A DNA stretch of 64,000 nucleotides from Auanema rhodensis (lineage: Eukaryota > Animalia > Nematoda), in the NCBI GenBank assembly GCA_964057225.1, contig CAXKVF010000077.1, positions 434,001 through 498,000 on the forward strand. Direction: 5' to 3'. Shown here in pieces: positions 1 through 15,000 of this stretch; the stretch's first letter is position 1; each line of letters begins with the position of its first letter. The notes beneath the pieces are model-generated. The model had not been told where the DNA came from, made no database searches, and saw only the letters and a program-made list of their open reading frames with translations. Position numbers and translations under genes: made by a program.

Positions 1-3000
1 TAATTTTGAAAACCGCATCTCTTTATCTTTCACGTGAAGCGAGTTACATACCAAGTGCACATCACGTGTACATTTAATTAGCATAAATTAAAGTTCACGT
101 AAATTTCAAAGTCATGGTTACCATGAACCAATATCAATAAAAATTTGTTTTTAGACTAATATGGACATGGGGAATCTAATTTTGAAAACCGCATCTCTTT
201 ATCTTTCACGTGAAGCGAGTTACATACCAAGTGCACATCACGTGTACATTTAATTAGCATAAATTAAAGTTCACGTAAATTTCAAAGTAATGGTTACCAT
301 GAACCAATATCAGTAAAAATTTGTTTTTAGACTAATATGGACATGGGGAATCTAATTTTGAAAACCGCATCTCTTTATCTTTCACGTGAAGCGAGTTACA
401 TACCAAGTGCACATCACGTGTACATTTAATTAGCATAAATTAAAGTTCACGTAAATTTCAAAGTCATGGTTACCATGAACCAATATCAATGAAAATTTGT
501 TTTTAGACTAATATGGACATGGGGAATCTAATTTTGAAAACCGCATCTCTTTATCTTTCACGTGAAGCGAGTTACATACCAAGTGCACATCACGTGTACA
601 TTTAATTAGCATAAATTAAAGTTCACGTAAATTTCAAAGTCATGGTTACCATGAACCAATATCAATAAAAATTTGTTTTTAGACTAATATGGACATGGGG
701 AATCTAATTTTGAAAACCGCATCTCTTTATCTTTCACGTGAAGCGAGTTACATACCAAGTGCACATCACGTGTACATTTAATTAGCATAAATTAAAGTTC
801 ACGTAAATTTCAAAGTAATGGTTACCATGAACCAATATCAGTAAAAATTTGTTTTTAGACTAATATGGACATGGGGAATCTAATTTTGAAAACCGCATCT
901 CTTTATCTTTCACGTGAAGCGAGTTACATACCAAGTGCACATCACGTGTACATTTAATTAGCATAAATTAAAGTTCACGTAAATTTCAAAGTCATGGTTA
1001 CCATGAACCAATATCAATGAAAATTTGTTTTTAGACTAATATGGACATGGGGAATCTAATTTTGAAAACCGCATCTCTTTATCTTTCACGTGAAGCGAGT
1101 TACATACCAAGTGCACATCACGTGTACATTTAATTAGCATAAATTAAAGTTCACGTAAATTTCAAAGTCATGGTTACCATGAACCAATATCAATAAAAAT
1201 TTGTTTTTAGACTAATATGGACATGGGGAATCTAATTTTGAAAACCGCATCTCTTTATCTTTCACGTGAAGCGAGTTACATACCAAGTGCACATCACGTG
1301 TACATTTAATTAGCATAAATTAAAGTTCACGTAAATTTCAAAGTCATGGTTACCATGCACCAATATCAATAAAAATTTGTTTTTAGACTAATATGGACAT
1401 GGGGAATCTAATTTTGAAAACCGCATCTCTTTATCTTTCACGTGAAGCGAGTTACATACCAAGTGCACATCACGTGTACATTTAATTAGCATAAATTAAA
1501 GTTCACGTAAATTTCAAAGTCATGGTTACCATGAACCAATATCAATAAAAATTTGTTTTTAGACTAATATGGACATGGGGAATCTAATTTTGAAAACCGC
1601 ATCTCTTTATCTTTCACGTGAAGCGAGTTACATACCAAGTGCACATCACGTGTACATTTAATGAGCATAAATTAAAGTTCACGTAAATTTCAAAGTCATG
1701 GTTACCATGAACTAATATCAATAAAAATTTGTTTTTAGACTAATATGGACATGGGGAATCTAATTTTGAAAACCGCATCTCTTTATCTTTCACGTGAAGC
1801 GAGTTACACACCAAGTGCACATCACGTGTACATTTAATTAGCATAAATTAAAGTTCACGTAAATTTCAAAGTCATGGTTACCATGAACCAATATCAATAA
1901 AAATTTGTGTTAAGACTAATATGGACATGGGGAATCTAATTTTGAAAACCGCATCTCTTTATCTTTCACGTGAAGCGAGTTACATACCAAGTGCACATCA
2001 CGTGTACATTTAATTAGCATAAATTAAAGTTCACGTAAATTTCAAAGTCATGGTTACCATGAACCAATATCAATAAAAATTTGTTTTTAGACTAATATGG
2101 ACATGGGGAATCTAATTTTGAAAACCGCATCTCTTTATCTTTCACGTGAAGCGAGTTACATACCAAGTGCACATCACGTGTACATTTAATTAGCATAAAT
2201 TAAAGTTCACGTAAATTTCAAAGTCATGGTTACCATGAACCAATATCAATAAAAATTTGTTTTTAGACTAATATGGACATGGGGAATCTAATTTTGAAAA
2301 CCGCATCTCTCTATCTTTCACGTGAAGCGAGTTACATACCAAGTGCACATCACGTGTACATTTAATTAGCATAAATTAAAGTTCACGTAAATTTCAAAGT
2401 CATGGTTACCATGAACCAATATCAATAAAAATTTGTTTTTAGACTAATATGGACATGGGGAATCTAATTTTGAAAACCGCATCTCTTTATCTTTCACGTG
2501 AAGCGAGTTACATACCAAGTGCACATCACGTGTACATTTAATGAGCATAAATTAAAGTTCACGTAAATTTCAAAGTCATGGTTACCATGAACTAATATCA
2601 ATAAAAATTTGTTTTTAGACTAATATGGACATGGGGAATCTAATTTTGAAAACCGCATCTCTTTATCTTTCACGTGAAGCGAGTTACATACCAAGTGCAC
2701 ATCACGTGTACATTTAATTAGCATAAATTAAAGTTCACGTAAATTTCAAAGTCATGGTTACCATGAACCAATATCAATAAAAATTTGTGTTAAGACTAAT
2801 ATGGACATGGGGAATCTAATTTTGAAAACCGCATCTCTTTATCTTTCACGTGAAGCGAGTTACATACCAAGTGCACATCACGTGTACATTTAATTAGCAT
2901 AAATTAAAGTTCACGTAAATTTCAAAGTCATGGTTACCATGAACCAATATCAATAAAAATTTGTTTTTAGACTAATATGGACATGGGGAATCTAATTTTG

Positions 3001-6000
3001 AAAACCGCATCTCTTTATCTTTCACGTGAAGCGAGTTACATACCAAGTGCACATCACGTGTACATTTAATTAGCATAAATTAAAGTTCACGTAAATTTCA
3101 AAGTCATGGTTACCATGAACCAATATCAATAAAAATTTGTTTTTAGACTAATATGGACATGGGGAATCTAATTTTGAAAACCGCATCTCTTTATCTTTCA
3201 CGTGAAGCGAGTTACATACCAAGTGCACATCACGTGTACATTTAATTAGCATAAATTAAAGTTCACGTAAATTTCAAAGTAATGGTTACCATGAACCAAT
3301 ATCAGTAAAAATTTGTTTTTAGACTAATATGGACATGGGGAATCTAATTTTGAAAACCGCATCTCTTTATCTTTCACGTGAAGCGAGTTACATACCAAGT
3401 GCACATCACGTGTACATTTAATTAGCATAAATTAAAGTTCACGTAAATTTCAAAGTCATGGTTACCATGAACCAATATCAATGAAAATTTGTTTTTAGAC
3501 TAATATGGACATGGGGAATCTAATTTTGAAAACCGCATCTCTTTATCTTTCACGTGAAGCGAGTTACATACCAAGTGCACATCACGTGTACATTTAATTA
3601 GCATAAATTAAAGTTCACGTAAATTTCAAAGTCATGGTTACCAAGAACCAATATCAATAAAAATTTGTTTTTAGACTAATATGGACATGGGGAATCTAAT
3701 TTTGAAAACCGCATCTCTTTATCTTTCACGTGAAGCGAGTTACATACCAAGTGCACATCACGTGTACATTTAATTAGCATAAATTAAAGTTCACGTAAAT
3801 TTCAAAGTCATGGTTACCATGCACCAATATCAATAAAAATTTGTTTTTAGACTAATATGGACATGGGGAATCTAATTTTGAAAACCGCATCTCTTTATCT
3901 TTCACGTGAAGCGAGTTACATACCAAGTGCACATCACGTGTACATTTAATTAGCATAAATTAAAGTTCACGTAAATTTCAAAGTCATGGTTACCATGAAC
4001 CAATATCAATAAAAATTTGTTTTTAGACTAATATGGACATGGGGAATCTAATTTTGAAAACCGCATCTCTTTATCTTTCACGTGAAGCGAGTTACATACC
4101 AAGTGCACATCACGTGTACATTTAATGAGCATAAATTAAAGTTCACGTAAATTTCAAAGTCATGGTTACCATGAACTAATATCAATAAAAATTTGTTTTT
4201 AGACTAATATGGACATGGGGAATCTAATTTTGAAAACCGCATCTCTTTATCTTTCACGTGAAGCGAGTTACATACCAAGTGCACATCACGTGTACATTTA
4301 ATTAGCATAAATTAAAGTTCACGTAAATTTCAAAGTCATGGTTACCATGAACCAATATCAATAAAAATTTGTGTTAAGACTAATATGGACATGGGGAATC
4401 TAATTTTGAAAACCGCATCTCTTTATCTTTCACGTGAAGCGAGTTACATACCAAGTGCACATCACGTGTACATTTAATTAGCATAAATTAAAGTTCACGT
4501 AAATTTCAAAGTCATGGTTACCATGAACCAATATCAATAAAAATTTGTTTTTAGACTAATATGGACATGGGGAATCTAATTTTGAAAACCGCATCTCTTT
4601 ATCTTTCACGTGAAGCGAGTTACATACCAAGTGCACATCACGTGTACATTCAATTAGCATAAATTAAAGTTCACGTAAATTTCAAAGTCATGGTTACCAT
4701 GCACCAATATCAATAAAAATTTGTTTTTAGACTAATATGGACATGGAGAATCTAATTTTGAAAACCGCATCTCTTTATCTTTCACGTGAAGCGAGTTACA
4801 TACCAAGTGCACATCACGTGTACATTTAATTAGCATTAATTAAAGTTCACGTAAATTTCAAAGTCATGGTTACCATGAACCAATATCAATAAAAATTTGT
4901 TTTTAGACTAATATGGACATGGGGAATCTAATTTTGAAAACCGCATCTCTTTATCTTTCACGTGAAGCGAGTTACATACCAAGTGCACATCACGTGTACA
5001 TTTAATTAGCATAAATTAAAGTTCACGTAAATTTCAAAGTCATGGTTACCATGCACCAATATCAATAAAAATTTGTTTTTAGACTAATATGGACATGGGG
5101 AATCTAATTTTGAAAACCGCATCTCTTTATCTTTCACGTGAAGCGAGTTACATACCAAGTGCACATCACGTGTACATTTAATTAGCATAAATTAAAGTTC
5201 ACGTAAATTTCAAAGTCATGGTTACCATGAACCAATATCAATAAAAATTTGTTTTTAGACTAATATGGACATGGGGAATCTAATTTTGAAAACCGCATCT
5301 CTTTATCTTTCACGTGAAGCGAGTTACATACCAAGTGCACATCACGTGTACATTTAATGAGCATAAATTAAAGTTCACGTAAATTTCAAAGTCATGGTTA
5401 CCATGAACTAATATCAATAAAAATTTGTTTTTAGACTAATATGGACATGGGGAATCTAATTTTGAAAACCGCATCTCTTTATCTTTCACGTGAAGCGAGT
5501 TACATACCAAGTGCACATCACGTGTACATTTAATTAGCATAAATTAAAGTTCACGTAAATTTCAAAGTCATGGTTACCATGAACCAATATCAATAAAAAT
5601 TTGTGTTAAGACTAATATGGACATGGGGAATCTAATTTTGAAAACCGCATCTCTTTATCTTTCACGTGAAGCGAGTTACATACCAAGTGCACATCACGTG
5701 TACATTTAATTAGCATAAATTAAAGTTCACGTAAATTTCAAAGTCATGGTTACCATGAACCAATATCAATAAAAATTTGTTTTTAGACTAATATGGACAT
5801 GGGGAATCTAATTTTGAAAACCGCATCTCTTTATCTTTCACGTGAAGCGAGTTACATACCAAGTGCACATCACGTGTACATTCAATTAGCATAAATTAAA
5901 GTTCACGTAAATTTCAAAGTCATGGTTACCATGCACCAATATCAATAAAAATTTGTTTTTAGACTAATATGGACATGGAGAATCTAATTTTGAAAACCGC

Positions 6001-9000
6001 ATCTCTTTATCTTTCACGTGAAGCGAGTTACATACCAAGTGCACATCACGTGTACATTTAATTAGCATTAATTAAAGTTCACGTAAATTTCAAAGTCATG
6101 GTTACCATGAACCAATATCAATAAAAATTTGTTTTTAGACTAATATGGACATGGGGAATCTAATTTTGAAAACCGCATCTCTTTATCTTTCACGTGAAGC
6201 GAGTTACATACCAAGTGCACATCACGTGTACATTTAATTAGCATTAATTAAAGTTCACGTAAATTTCAAAGTCATGGTTACCATGAACCAATATCAATAA
6301 AAATTTGTTTTTAGACTAATATGGACATGGGGAATCTAATTTTGAAAACCGCATCTCTTTATCTTTCACGTGAAGCGAGTTACATACCAAGTGCACATCA
6401 CGTGTACATTTAATTAGCATAAATTAAAGTTCACGTAAATTTCAAAGTCATGGTTACCATGAACCAATATCAATAAAAATTTGTTTTTAGACTAATATGG
6501 ACATGGGGAATCTAATTTTGAAAACCGCATCTCTTTATCTTTCACGTGAAGCGAGTTACATACCAAGTGCACATCACGTGTACATTTAATTAGCATAAAT
6601 TAAAGTTCACGTAAATTTCAAAGTCATGGTTACCATGAACCAATATCAATAAGAATTTGTTTTTAGACTAATATGGACATGGGGAATCTAATTTTGAAAA
6701 CCGCATCTCTTTATCTTTCACGTGAAGCGAGTTACATACCAAGTGCACATCACGTGTACATTTAATTAGCATAAATTAAAGTTCACGTAAATTTCAAAGT
6801 CATGGTTACCATGCACCAATGTCAATAAAAATTTGTTTTCAGACTAATATGGACATGGGGAATCTAATTTTGAAAACCGCATCTCTTTATCTTTCACGTG
6901 AAGCGAGTTACATACCAAGTGCACATCACGTGTACATTTAATGAGCATAAATTAAAGTTCACGTAAATTTCAAAGTCATGGTTACCATGAACTAATATCA
7001 ATGAAAATTTGTTTTTAGACTAATATGGACATGGGGAATCTAATTTTGAAAACCGCATCTCTTTATCTTTCACGTGAAGCGAGTTACATACCAAGTGCAC
7101 ATCACGTGTACATTTAATTAGCATAAATTAAAGTTCACGTAAATTTCAAAGTCATGGTTACCATGAACCAATATCAATAAAAATTTGTTTTTAGACTAAT
7201 ATGGACATGGGGAATCTAATTTTGAAAACCGCATCTCTTTATCTTTCACGTGAAGCGAGTTACATACCAAGTGCACATCACGTGTACATTTAATTAGCAT
7301 AAATTAAAGTTCACGTAAATTTCAAAGTCATGGTTACCATGCACCAATATCAATAAAAATTTGTTTTTAGACTAATATGGACATGGGGAATCTAATTTTG
7401 AAAACAGCATCTCTTTATCTTTCACGTGAAGCGAGTTACATACCAAGTGCACATCACGTGTACATTTAATTAGCATAAATTAAAGTTCACGTAAATTTCA
7501 AAGTCATGGTTACCATGAACCAATATCAATAAAAATTTGTTTTTAGACTAATATGGACATGGGGAATCTAATTTTGAAAACCGCATCTCTTTATCTTTCA
7601 CGTGAAGCGAGTTACATACCAAGTGCACATCACGTGTACATTTAATGAGCATAAATTAAAGTTCACGTAAATTTCAAAGTCATGGTTACCATGAACTAAT
7701 ATCAATAAAAATTTGTTTTTAGACTAATATGGACATGGGGAATCTAATTTTGAAAACCGCATCTCTTTATCTTTCACGTGAAGCGAGTTACATACCAAGT
7801 GCACATCACGTGTACATTTAATTAGCATAAATTAAAGTTCACGTAAATTTCAAAGTCATGGTTACCATGAACCAATATCAATAAAAATTTGTGTTAAGAC
7901 TAATATGGACATGGGGAATCTAATTTTGAAAACCGCATCTCTTTATCTTTCACGTGAAGCGAGTTACATACCAAGTGCACATCACGTGTACATTTAATTA
8001 GCATAAATTAAAGTTCACGTAAATTTCAAAGTCATGGTTACCATGAACCAATATCAATAAGAATTTGTTTTTAGACTAATATGGACATGGGGAATCTAAT
8101 TTTGAAAACCGCATCTCTTTATCTTTCACGTGAAGCGAGTTACATACCAAGTGCACATCACGTGTACATTTAATTAGCATAAATTAAAGTTCACGTAAAT
8201 TTCAAAGTCATGGTTACCATGCACCAATATCAATAAAAATTTGTTTTTAGACTAATATGGACATGGGGAATCTAATTTTGAAAACCGCATCTCTTTATCT
8301 TTCACGTGAAGCGAGTTACATACCAAGTGCACATCACGTGTACATTTAATGAGCATAAATTAAAGTTCACGTAAATTTCAAAGTCATGGTTACCATGAAC
8401 TAATATCAATAAAAATTTGTTTTTAGACTAATATGGACATGGGGAATCTAATTTTGAAAACCGCATCTCTTTATCTTTCACGTGAAGCGAGTTACATACC
8501 AAGTGCACATCACGTGTACATTTAATTAGCATAAATTAAAGTTCACGTAAATTTCAAAGTCATGGTTACCATGAACCAATATCAATAAAAATTTGTGTTA
8601 AGACTAATATGGACATGGGGAATCTAATTTTGAAAACCGCATCTCTTTATCTTTCACGTGAAGCGAGTTACATACCAAGTGCACATCACGTGTACATTTA
8701 ATTAGCATAAATTAAAGTTCACGTAAATTTCAAAGTCATGGTTACCATGAACCAATATCAATAAAAATTTGTTTTTAGACTAATATGGACATGGGGAATC
8801 TAATTTTGAAAACCGCATCTCTTTATCTTTCACGTGAAGCGAGTTACATACCAAGTGCACATCACGTGTACATTTAATTAGCATAAATTAAAGTTCACGT
8901 AAATTTCAAAGTCATGGTTACCATGAACCAATATCAATAAAAATTTGTTTTTAGACTAATATGGACATGGGGAATCTAATTTTGAAAACCGCATCTCTTT

Positions 9001-12000
9001 ATCTTTCACGTGAAGCGAGTTACATACCAAGTGCACATCACGTGTACATTTAATTAGCATAAATTAAAGTTCACGTAAATTTCAAAGTCATGGTTACCAT
9101 GAACCAATATCAATAAAAATTTGTTTTTAGACTAATATGGACATGGGGAATCTAATTTTGAAAACCGCATCTCTTTATCTTTCACGTGAAGCGAGTTACA
9201 TACCAAGTGCACATCACGTGTACATTTAATTAGCATAAATTAAAGTTCACGTAAATTTCAAAGTCATGGTTACCATGAACCAATATCAATAAAAATTTGT
9301 TTTTAGACTAATATGGACATGGGGAATCTAATTTTGAAAACCGCATCTCTTTATCTTTCACGTGAAGCGAGTTACATACCAAGTGCACATCACGTGTACA
9401 TTTAATTAGCATAAATTAAAGTTCACGTAAATTTCAAAGTCATGGTTACCATGAACCAATATCAATAAAAATTTGTTTTTAGACTAATATGGACATGGGG
9501 AATCTAATTTTGAAAACCGCATCTCTTTATCTTTCACGTGAAGCGAGTTACATACCAAGTGCACATCACGTGTACATTTAATTAGCATAAATTAAAGTTC
9601 ACGTAAATTTCAAAGTCATGGTTACCATGCACCAATGTCAATAAAAATTTGTTTTTAGACTAATATGGACATGGGGAATCTAATTTTGAAAACCGCATCT
9701 CTTTATCTTTCACGTGAAGCGAGTTACATACCAAGTGCACATCACGTGTACATTTAATGAGCATAAATTAAAGTTCACGTAAATTTCAAAGTCATGGTTA
9801 CCATGAACTAATATCAATAAAAATTTGTTTTTAGACTAATATGGACATGGGGAATCTAATTTTGAAAACCGCATCTCTTTATCTTTCACGTGAAGCGAGT
9901 TACATACCAAGTGCACATCACGTGTACATTTAATTAGCATAAATTAAAGTTCACGTAAATTTCAAAGTCATGGTTACCATGAACCAATATCAATAAAAAT
10001 TTGTTTTTAGACTAATATGGACATGGGGAATCTAATTTTGAAAACCGCATCTCTTTATCTTTCACGTGAAGCGAGTTACATACCAAGTGCACATCACGTG
10101 TACATTTAATTAGCATAAATTAAAGTTCACGTAAATTTCAAAGTCATGGTTACCATGCACCAATGTCAATAAAAATTTGTTTTTAGACTAATATGGACAT
10201 GGGGAATCTAATTTTGAAAACCGCATCTCTTTATCTTTCACGTGAAGCGAGTTACATACCAAGTGCACATCACGTGTACATTTAATGAGCATAAATTAAA
10301 GTTCACGTAAATTTCAAAGTCATGGTTACCATGAACTAATATCAATAAAAATTTGTTTTTAGACTAATATGGACATGGGGAATCTAATTTTGAAAACCGC
10401 ATCTCTTTATCTTTCACGTGAAGCGAGTTACATACCAAGTGCACATCACGTGTACATTTAATTAGCATAAATTAAAGTTCACGTAAATTTCAAAGTCATG
10501 GTTACCATGAACCAAAATCAATAAAAATTTGTGTTAAGACTAATATGGACATGGGGAATCTAATTTTGAAAACCGCATCTCTTTATCTTTCACGTGAAGC
10601 GAGTTACATACCAAGTGCACATCACGTGTACATTTAATTAGCATAAATTAAAGTTCACGTAAATTTCAAAGTCATGGTTACCATGAACCAATATCAATAA
10701 AAATTTGTTTTTAGACTAATATGGACATGGGGAATCTAATTTTGAAAACCGCATCTCTTTATCTTTCACGTGAAGCGAGTTACATACCAAGTGCACATCA
10801 CGTGTACATTTAATTAGCATAAATTAAAGTTCACGTAAATTTCAAAGTCATGGTTACCATGAACCAATATAAAAAAAATTTGTTTTTAGACTAATATGGA
10901 CATGGGGAATCTAATTTTGAAAACCGCATCTCTTTATCTTTCACGTGAAGCGAGTTACATACCAAGTGCACATCACGTGTACATTTAATTAGCATAAATT
11001 AAAGTTCACGTAAATTTCAAAGTCATGGTTACCATGAACCAATATCAATAAAAATTTGTTTTTAGACTAATATGGACATGGGGAATCTAATTTTGAAAAC
11101 CGCATCTCTTTATCTTTCACGTGAAGCGAGTTACATACCAAGTGCACATCACGTGTACATTTAATGAGCATAAATTAAAGTTCACGTAAATTTCAAAGTC
11201 ATGGTTACCATGAACTAATATCAATAAAAATTTGTTTTTAGACTAATATGGACATGGGGAATCTAATTTTGAAAACCGCATCTCTTTATCTTTCACGTGA
11301 AGCGAGTTACATACCAAGTGCACATCACGTGTACATTTAACTAGCATAAATTAAAGTTCACGTAAATTTCAAAGTCATGGTTACCATGAACCAATATCAA
11401 TAAAAATTTGTGTTAAGACTAATATGGACATGGGGAATCTAATTTTGAAAACCGCATCTCTTTATCTTTCACGTGAAGCGAGTTACATACCAAGTGCACA
11501 TCACGTGTACATTTAATTAGCATAAATTAAAGTTCACGTAAATTTCAAAGTCATGGTTACCATGAACCAATATCAATAAAAATTTGTTTTTAGACTAATA
11601 TGGACATGGGGAATCTAATTTTGAAAACCGCATCTCTTTATCTTTCACGTGAAGCGAGTTACATACCAAGTGCACATCACGTGTACATTTAATTAGCATA
11701 AATTAAAGTTCACGTAAATTTCAAAGTCATGGTTACCATGAACCAATATCAATAAAAATTTGTTTTTAGACTAATATGGACATGGGGAATCTAATTTTGA
11801 AAACCGCATCTCTTTATCTTTCACGTGAAGCGAGTTACATACCAAGTGCACATCACGTGTACATTTAATTAGCATAAATTAAAGTTCACGTAAATTTCAA
11901 AGTCATGGTTACCATGAACCAATATCAATGAAAATTTGTTTTTAGACTAATATGGACATGGGGAATCTAATTTTGAAAACCGCATCTCTTTATCTTTCAC

Positions 12001-15000
12001 GTGAAGCGAGTTACATACCAAGTGCACATCACGTGTACATTTAATGAGCATAAATTAAAGTTCACGTAAATTTCAAAGTCATGGTTACCATGAACTAATA
12101 TCAATAAAAATTTGTTTTTAGACTAATATGGACATGGGGAATCTAATTTTGAAAACCGCATCTCTTTATCTTTCACGTGAAGCGAGTTACATACCAAGTG
12201 CACATCACGTGTACATTTAATTAGCATAAATTAAAGTTCACGTAAATTTCAAAGTCATGGTTACCATGCACCAATGTCAATAAAAATTTGTTTTTAGACT
12301 AATATGGACATGGGGAATCTAATTTTGAAAACCGCATCTCTTTATCTTTCACGTGAAGCGAGTTACATACCAAGTGCACATCACGTGTACATTTAATGAG
12401 CATAAATTAAAGTTCACGTAAATTTCAAAGTCATGGTTACCATGAACTAATATCAATAAAAATTTGTTTTTAGACTAATATGGACATGGGGAATCTAATT
12501 TTGAAAACCGCATCTCTTTATCTTTCACGTGAAGCGAGTTACATACCAAGTGCACATCACGTGTACATTTAATTAGCATAAATTAAAGTTCACGTAAATT
12601 TCAAAGTCATGGTTACCATGAACCAATATCAATAAAAATTTGTGTTAAGACTAATATGGACATGGGGAATCTAATTTTGAAAACCGCATCTCTTTATCTT
12701 TCACGTGAAGCGAGTTACATACCAAGTGCACATCACGTGTACATTTAATTAGCATAAATTAAAGTTCACGTAAATTTCAAAGTCATGGTTACCATGAACC
12801 AATATCAATAAAAATTTGTTTTTAGACTAATATGGACATGGGGAATCTAATTTTGAAAACCGCATCTCTTTATCTTTCACGTGAAGCGAGTTACATACCA
12901 AGTGCACATCACGTGTACTTTTAATTAGCATAAATTAAAGTTCACGTAAATTTCAAAGTCATGGTTACCATGAACCAATATCAATAAAAATTTGTTTTTA
13001 GACTAATATGGACATGGGGAATCTAATTTTGAAAACCGCATCTCTTTATCTTTCACGTGAAGCGAGTTACATACCAAGTGCACATCACGTGTACATTTAA
13101 TTAGCATAAATTAAAGTTCACGTAAATTTCAAAGTCATGGTTACCATGAACCAATATCAATAAAAATTTGTTTTTAGACTAATATGGACATGGGGAATCT
13201 AATTTTGAAAACCGCATCTCTTTATCTTTCACGTGAAGCGAGTTACATACCAAGTGCACATCACGTGTACATTTAATTAGCATAAATTAAAGTTCACGTA
13301 AATTTCAAAGTCATGGTTACCATGAACCAATATCAATGAAAATTTGTTTTTAGACTAATATGGACATGGGGAATCTAATTTTGAAAACCGCATCTCTTTA
13401 TCTTTCACGTGAAGCGAGTTACATACCAAGTGCACATCACGTGTACATTTAATTAGCATAAATTAAAGTTCACGTAAATTTCAAAGTCATGGTTACCATG
13501 AACCAATATCAATAAAAATTTGTTTTTAGACTAATATGGACATGGGGAATCTAATTTTGAAAACCGCATCTCTTTATCTTTCACGTGAAGCGAGTTACAT
13601 ACCAAGTGCACATCACGTGTACATTTAATTAGCATAAATTAAAGTTCACGTAAATTTCAAAGTCATGGTTACCATGCACCAATATCAATAAAAATTTGTT
13701 TTTAGACTAATATGGACATGGGGAATCTAATTTTGAAAACCGCATCTCTTTATCTTTCACGTGAAGCGAGTTACATACCAAGTGCACATCACGTGTACAT
13801 TTAATTAGCATAAATTAAAGTTCACGTAAATTTCAAAGTCATGGTTACCATGAACCATTATCAATAAAAATTTGTTTTTAGACTAATATGGACATGGGGA
13901 ATCTAATTTTGAAAACCGCATCTCTTTATCTTTCACATGAAGCGAGTTACATACCAAGTGCACATCACGTGTACATTTAATTAGCATAAATTAAAGTTCA
14001 CGTAAATTTCAAAGTCATGGTTACCATGAAGCAATATCAATAAAAATTTGTTTTTAGACTAATATGGACATGGGGAATCTAATTTTGAAAACCGCATCTT
14101 TTTATCTTTCACGTGAAGCGAGTTACATACCAAGTGCACATCACGTGTACATTTAATTAGCATAAATTAAAGTTCACGTAAATTTCAAAGTCATGGTTAC
14201 CATGAACCAATATCAATAAAAATTTGTTTTTAGACTAATATGGACATGGGAAATCTAATTTTGAAAACCGCATCTCTTTATCTTTCACGTGAAGCGAGTT
14301 ACATACCAAGTGCACATCACGTGTACATTTAATTAGCATAAATTAAAGTTCACGTAAATTTCAAAGTCATGGTTACCATGCACCAATATCAATAAAAATT
14401 TGTTTTTAGACTAATATGGACATGGGGAATCTAATTTTGAAAACCGCATCTCTTTATCTTTCACGTGAAGCGAGTTACATACCAAGTGCACATCACGTGT
14501 ACATTTAATTAGCATAAATTAAAGTTCACGTAAATTTCAAAGTCATGGTTACCATGAACCATTATCAATAAAAATTTGTTTTTAGACTAATATGGACATG
14601 GGGAATCTAATTTTGAAAACCGCATCTCTTTATCTTTCACATGAAGCGAGTTACATACCAAGTGCACATCACGTGTACATTTAATTAGCATAAATTAAAG
14701 TTCACGTAAATTTCAAAGTCATGGTTACCATGAAGCAATATCAATAAAAATTTGTTTTTAGACTAATATGGACATGGGGAATCTAATTTTGAAAACCGCA
14801 TCTTTTTATCTTTCACGTGAAGCGAGTTACATACCAAGTGCACATCACGTGTACATTTAATTAGCATAAATTAAAGTTCACGTAAATTTCAAAGTCATGG
14901 TTACCATGAACCAATATCAATAAAAATTTGTTTTTAGACTAATATGGACATGGGAAATCTAATTTTGAAAACCGCATCTCTTTATCTTTCACGTGAAGCG

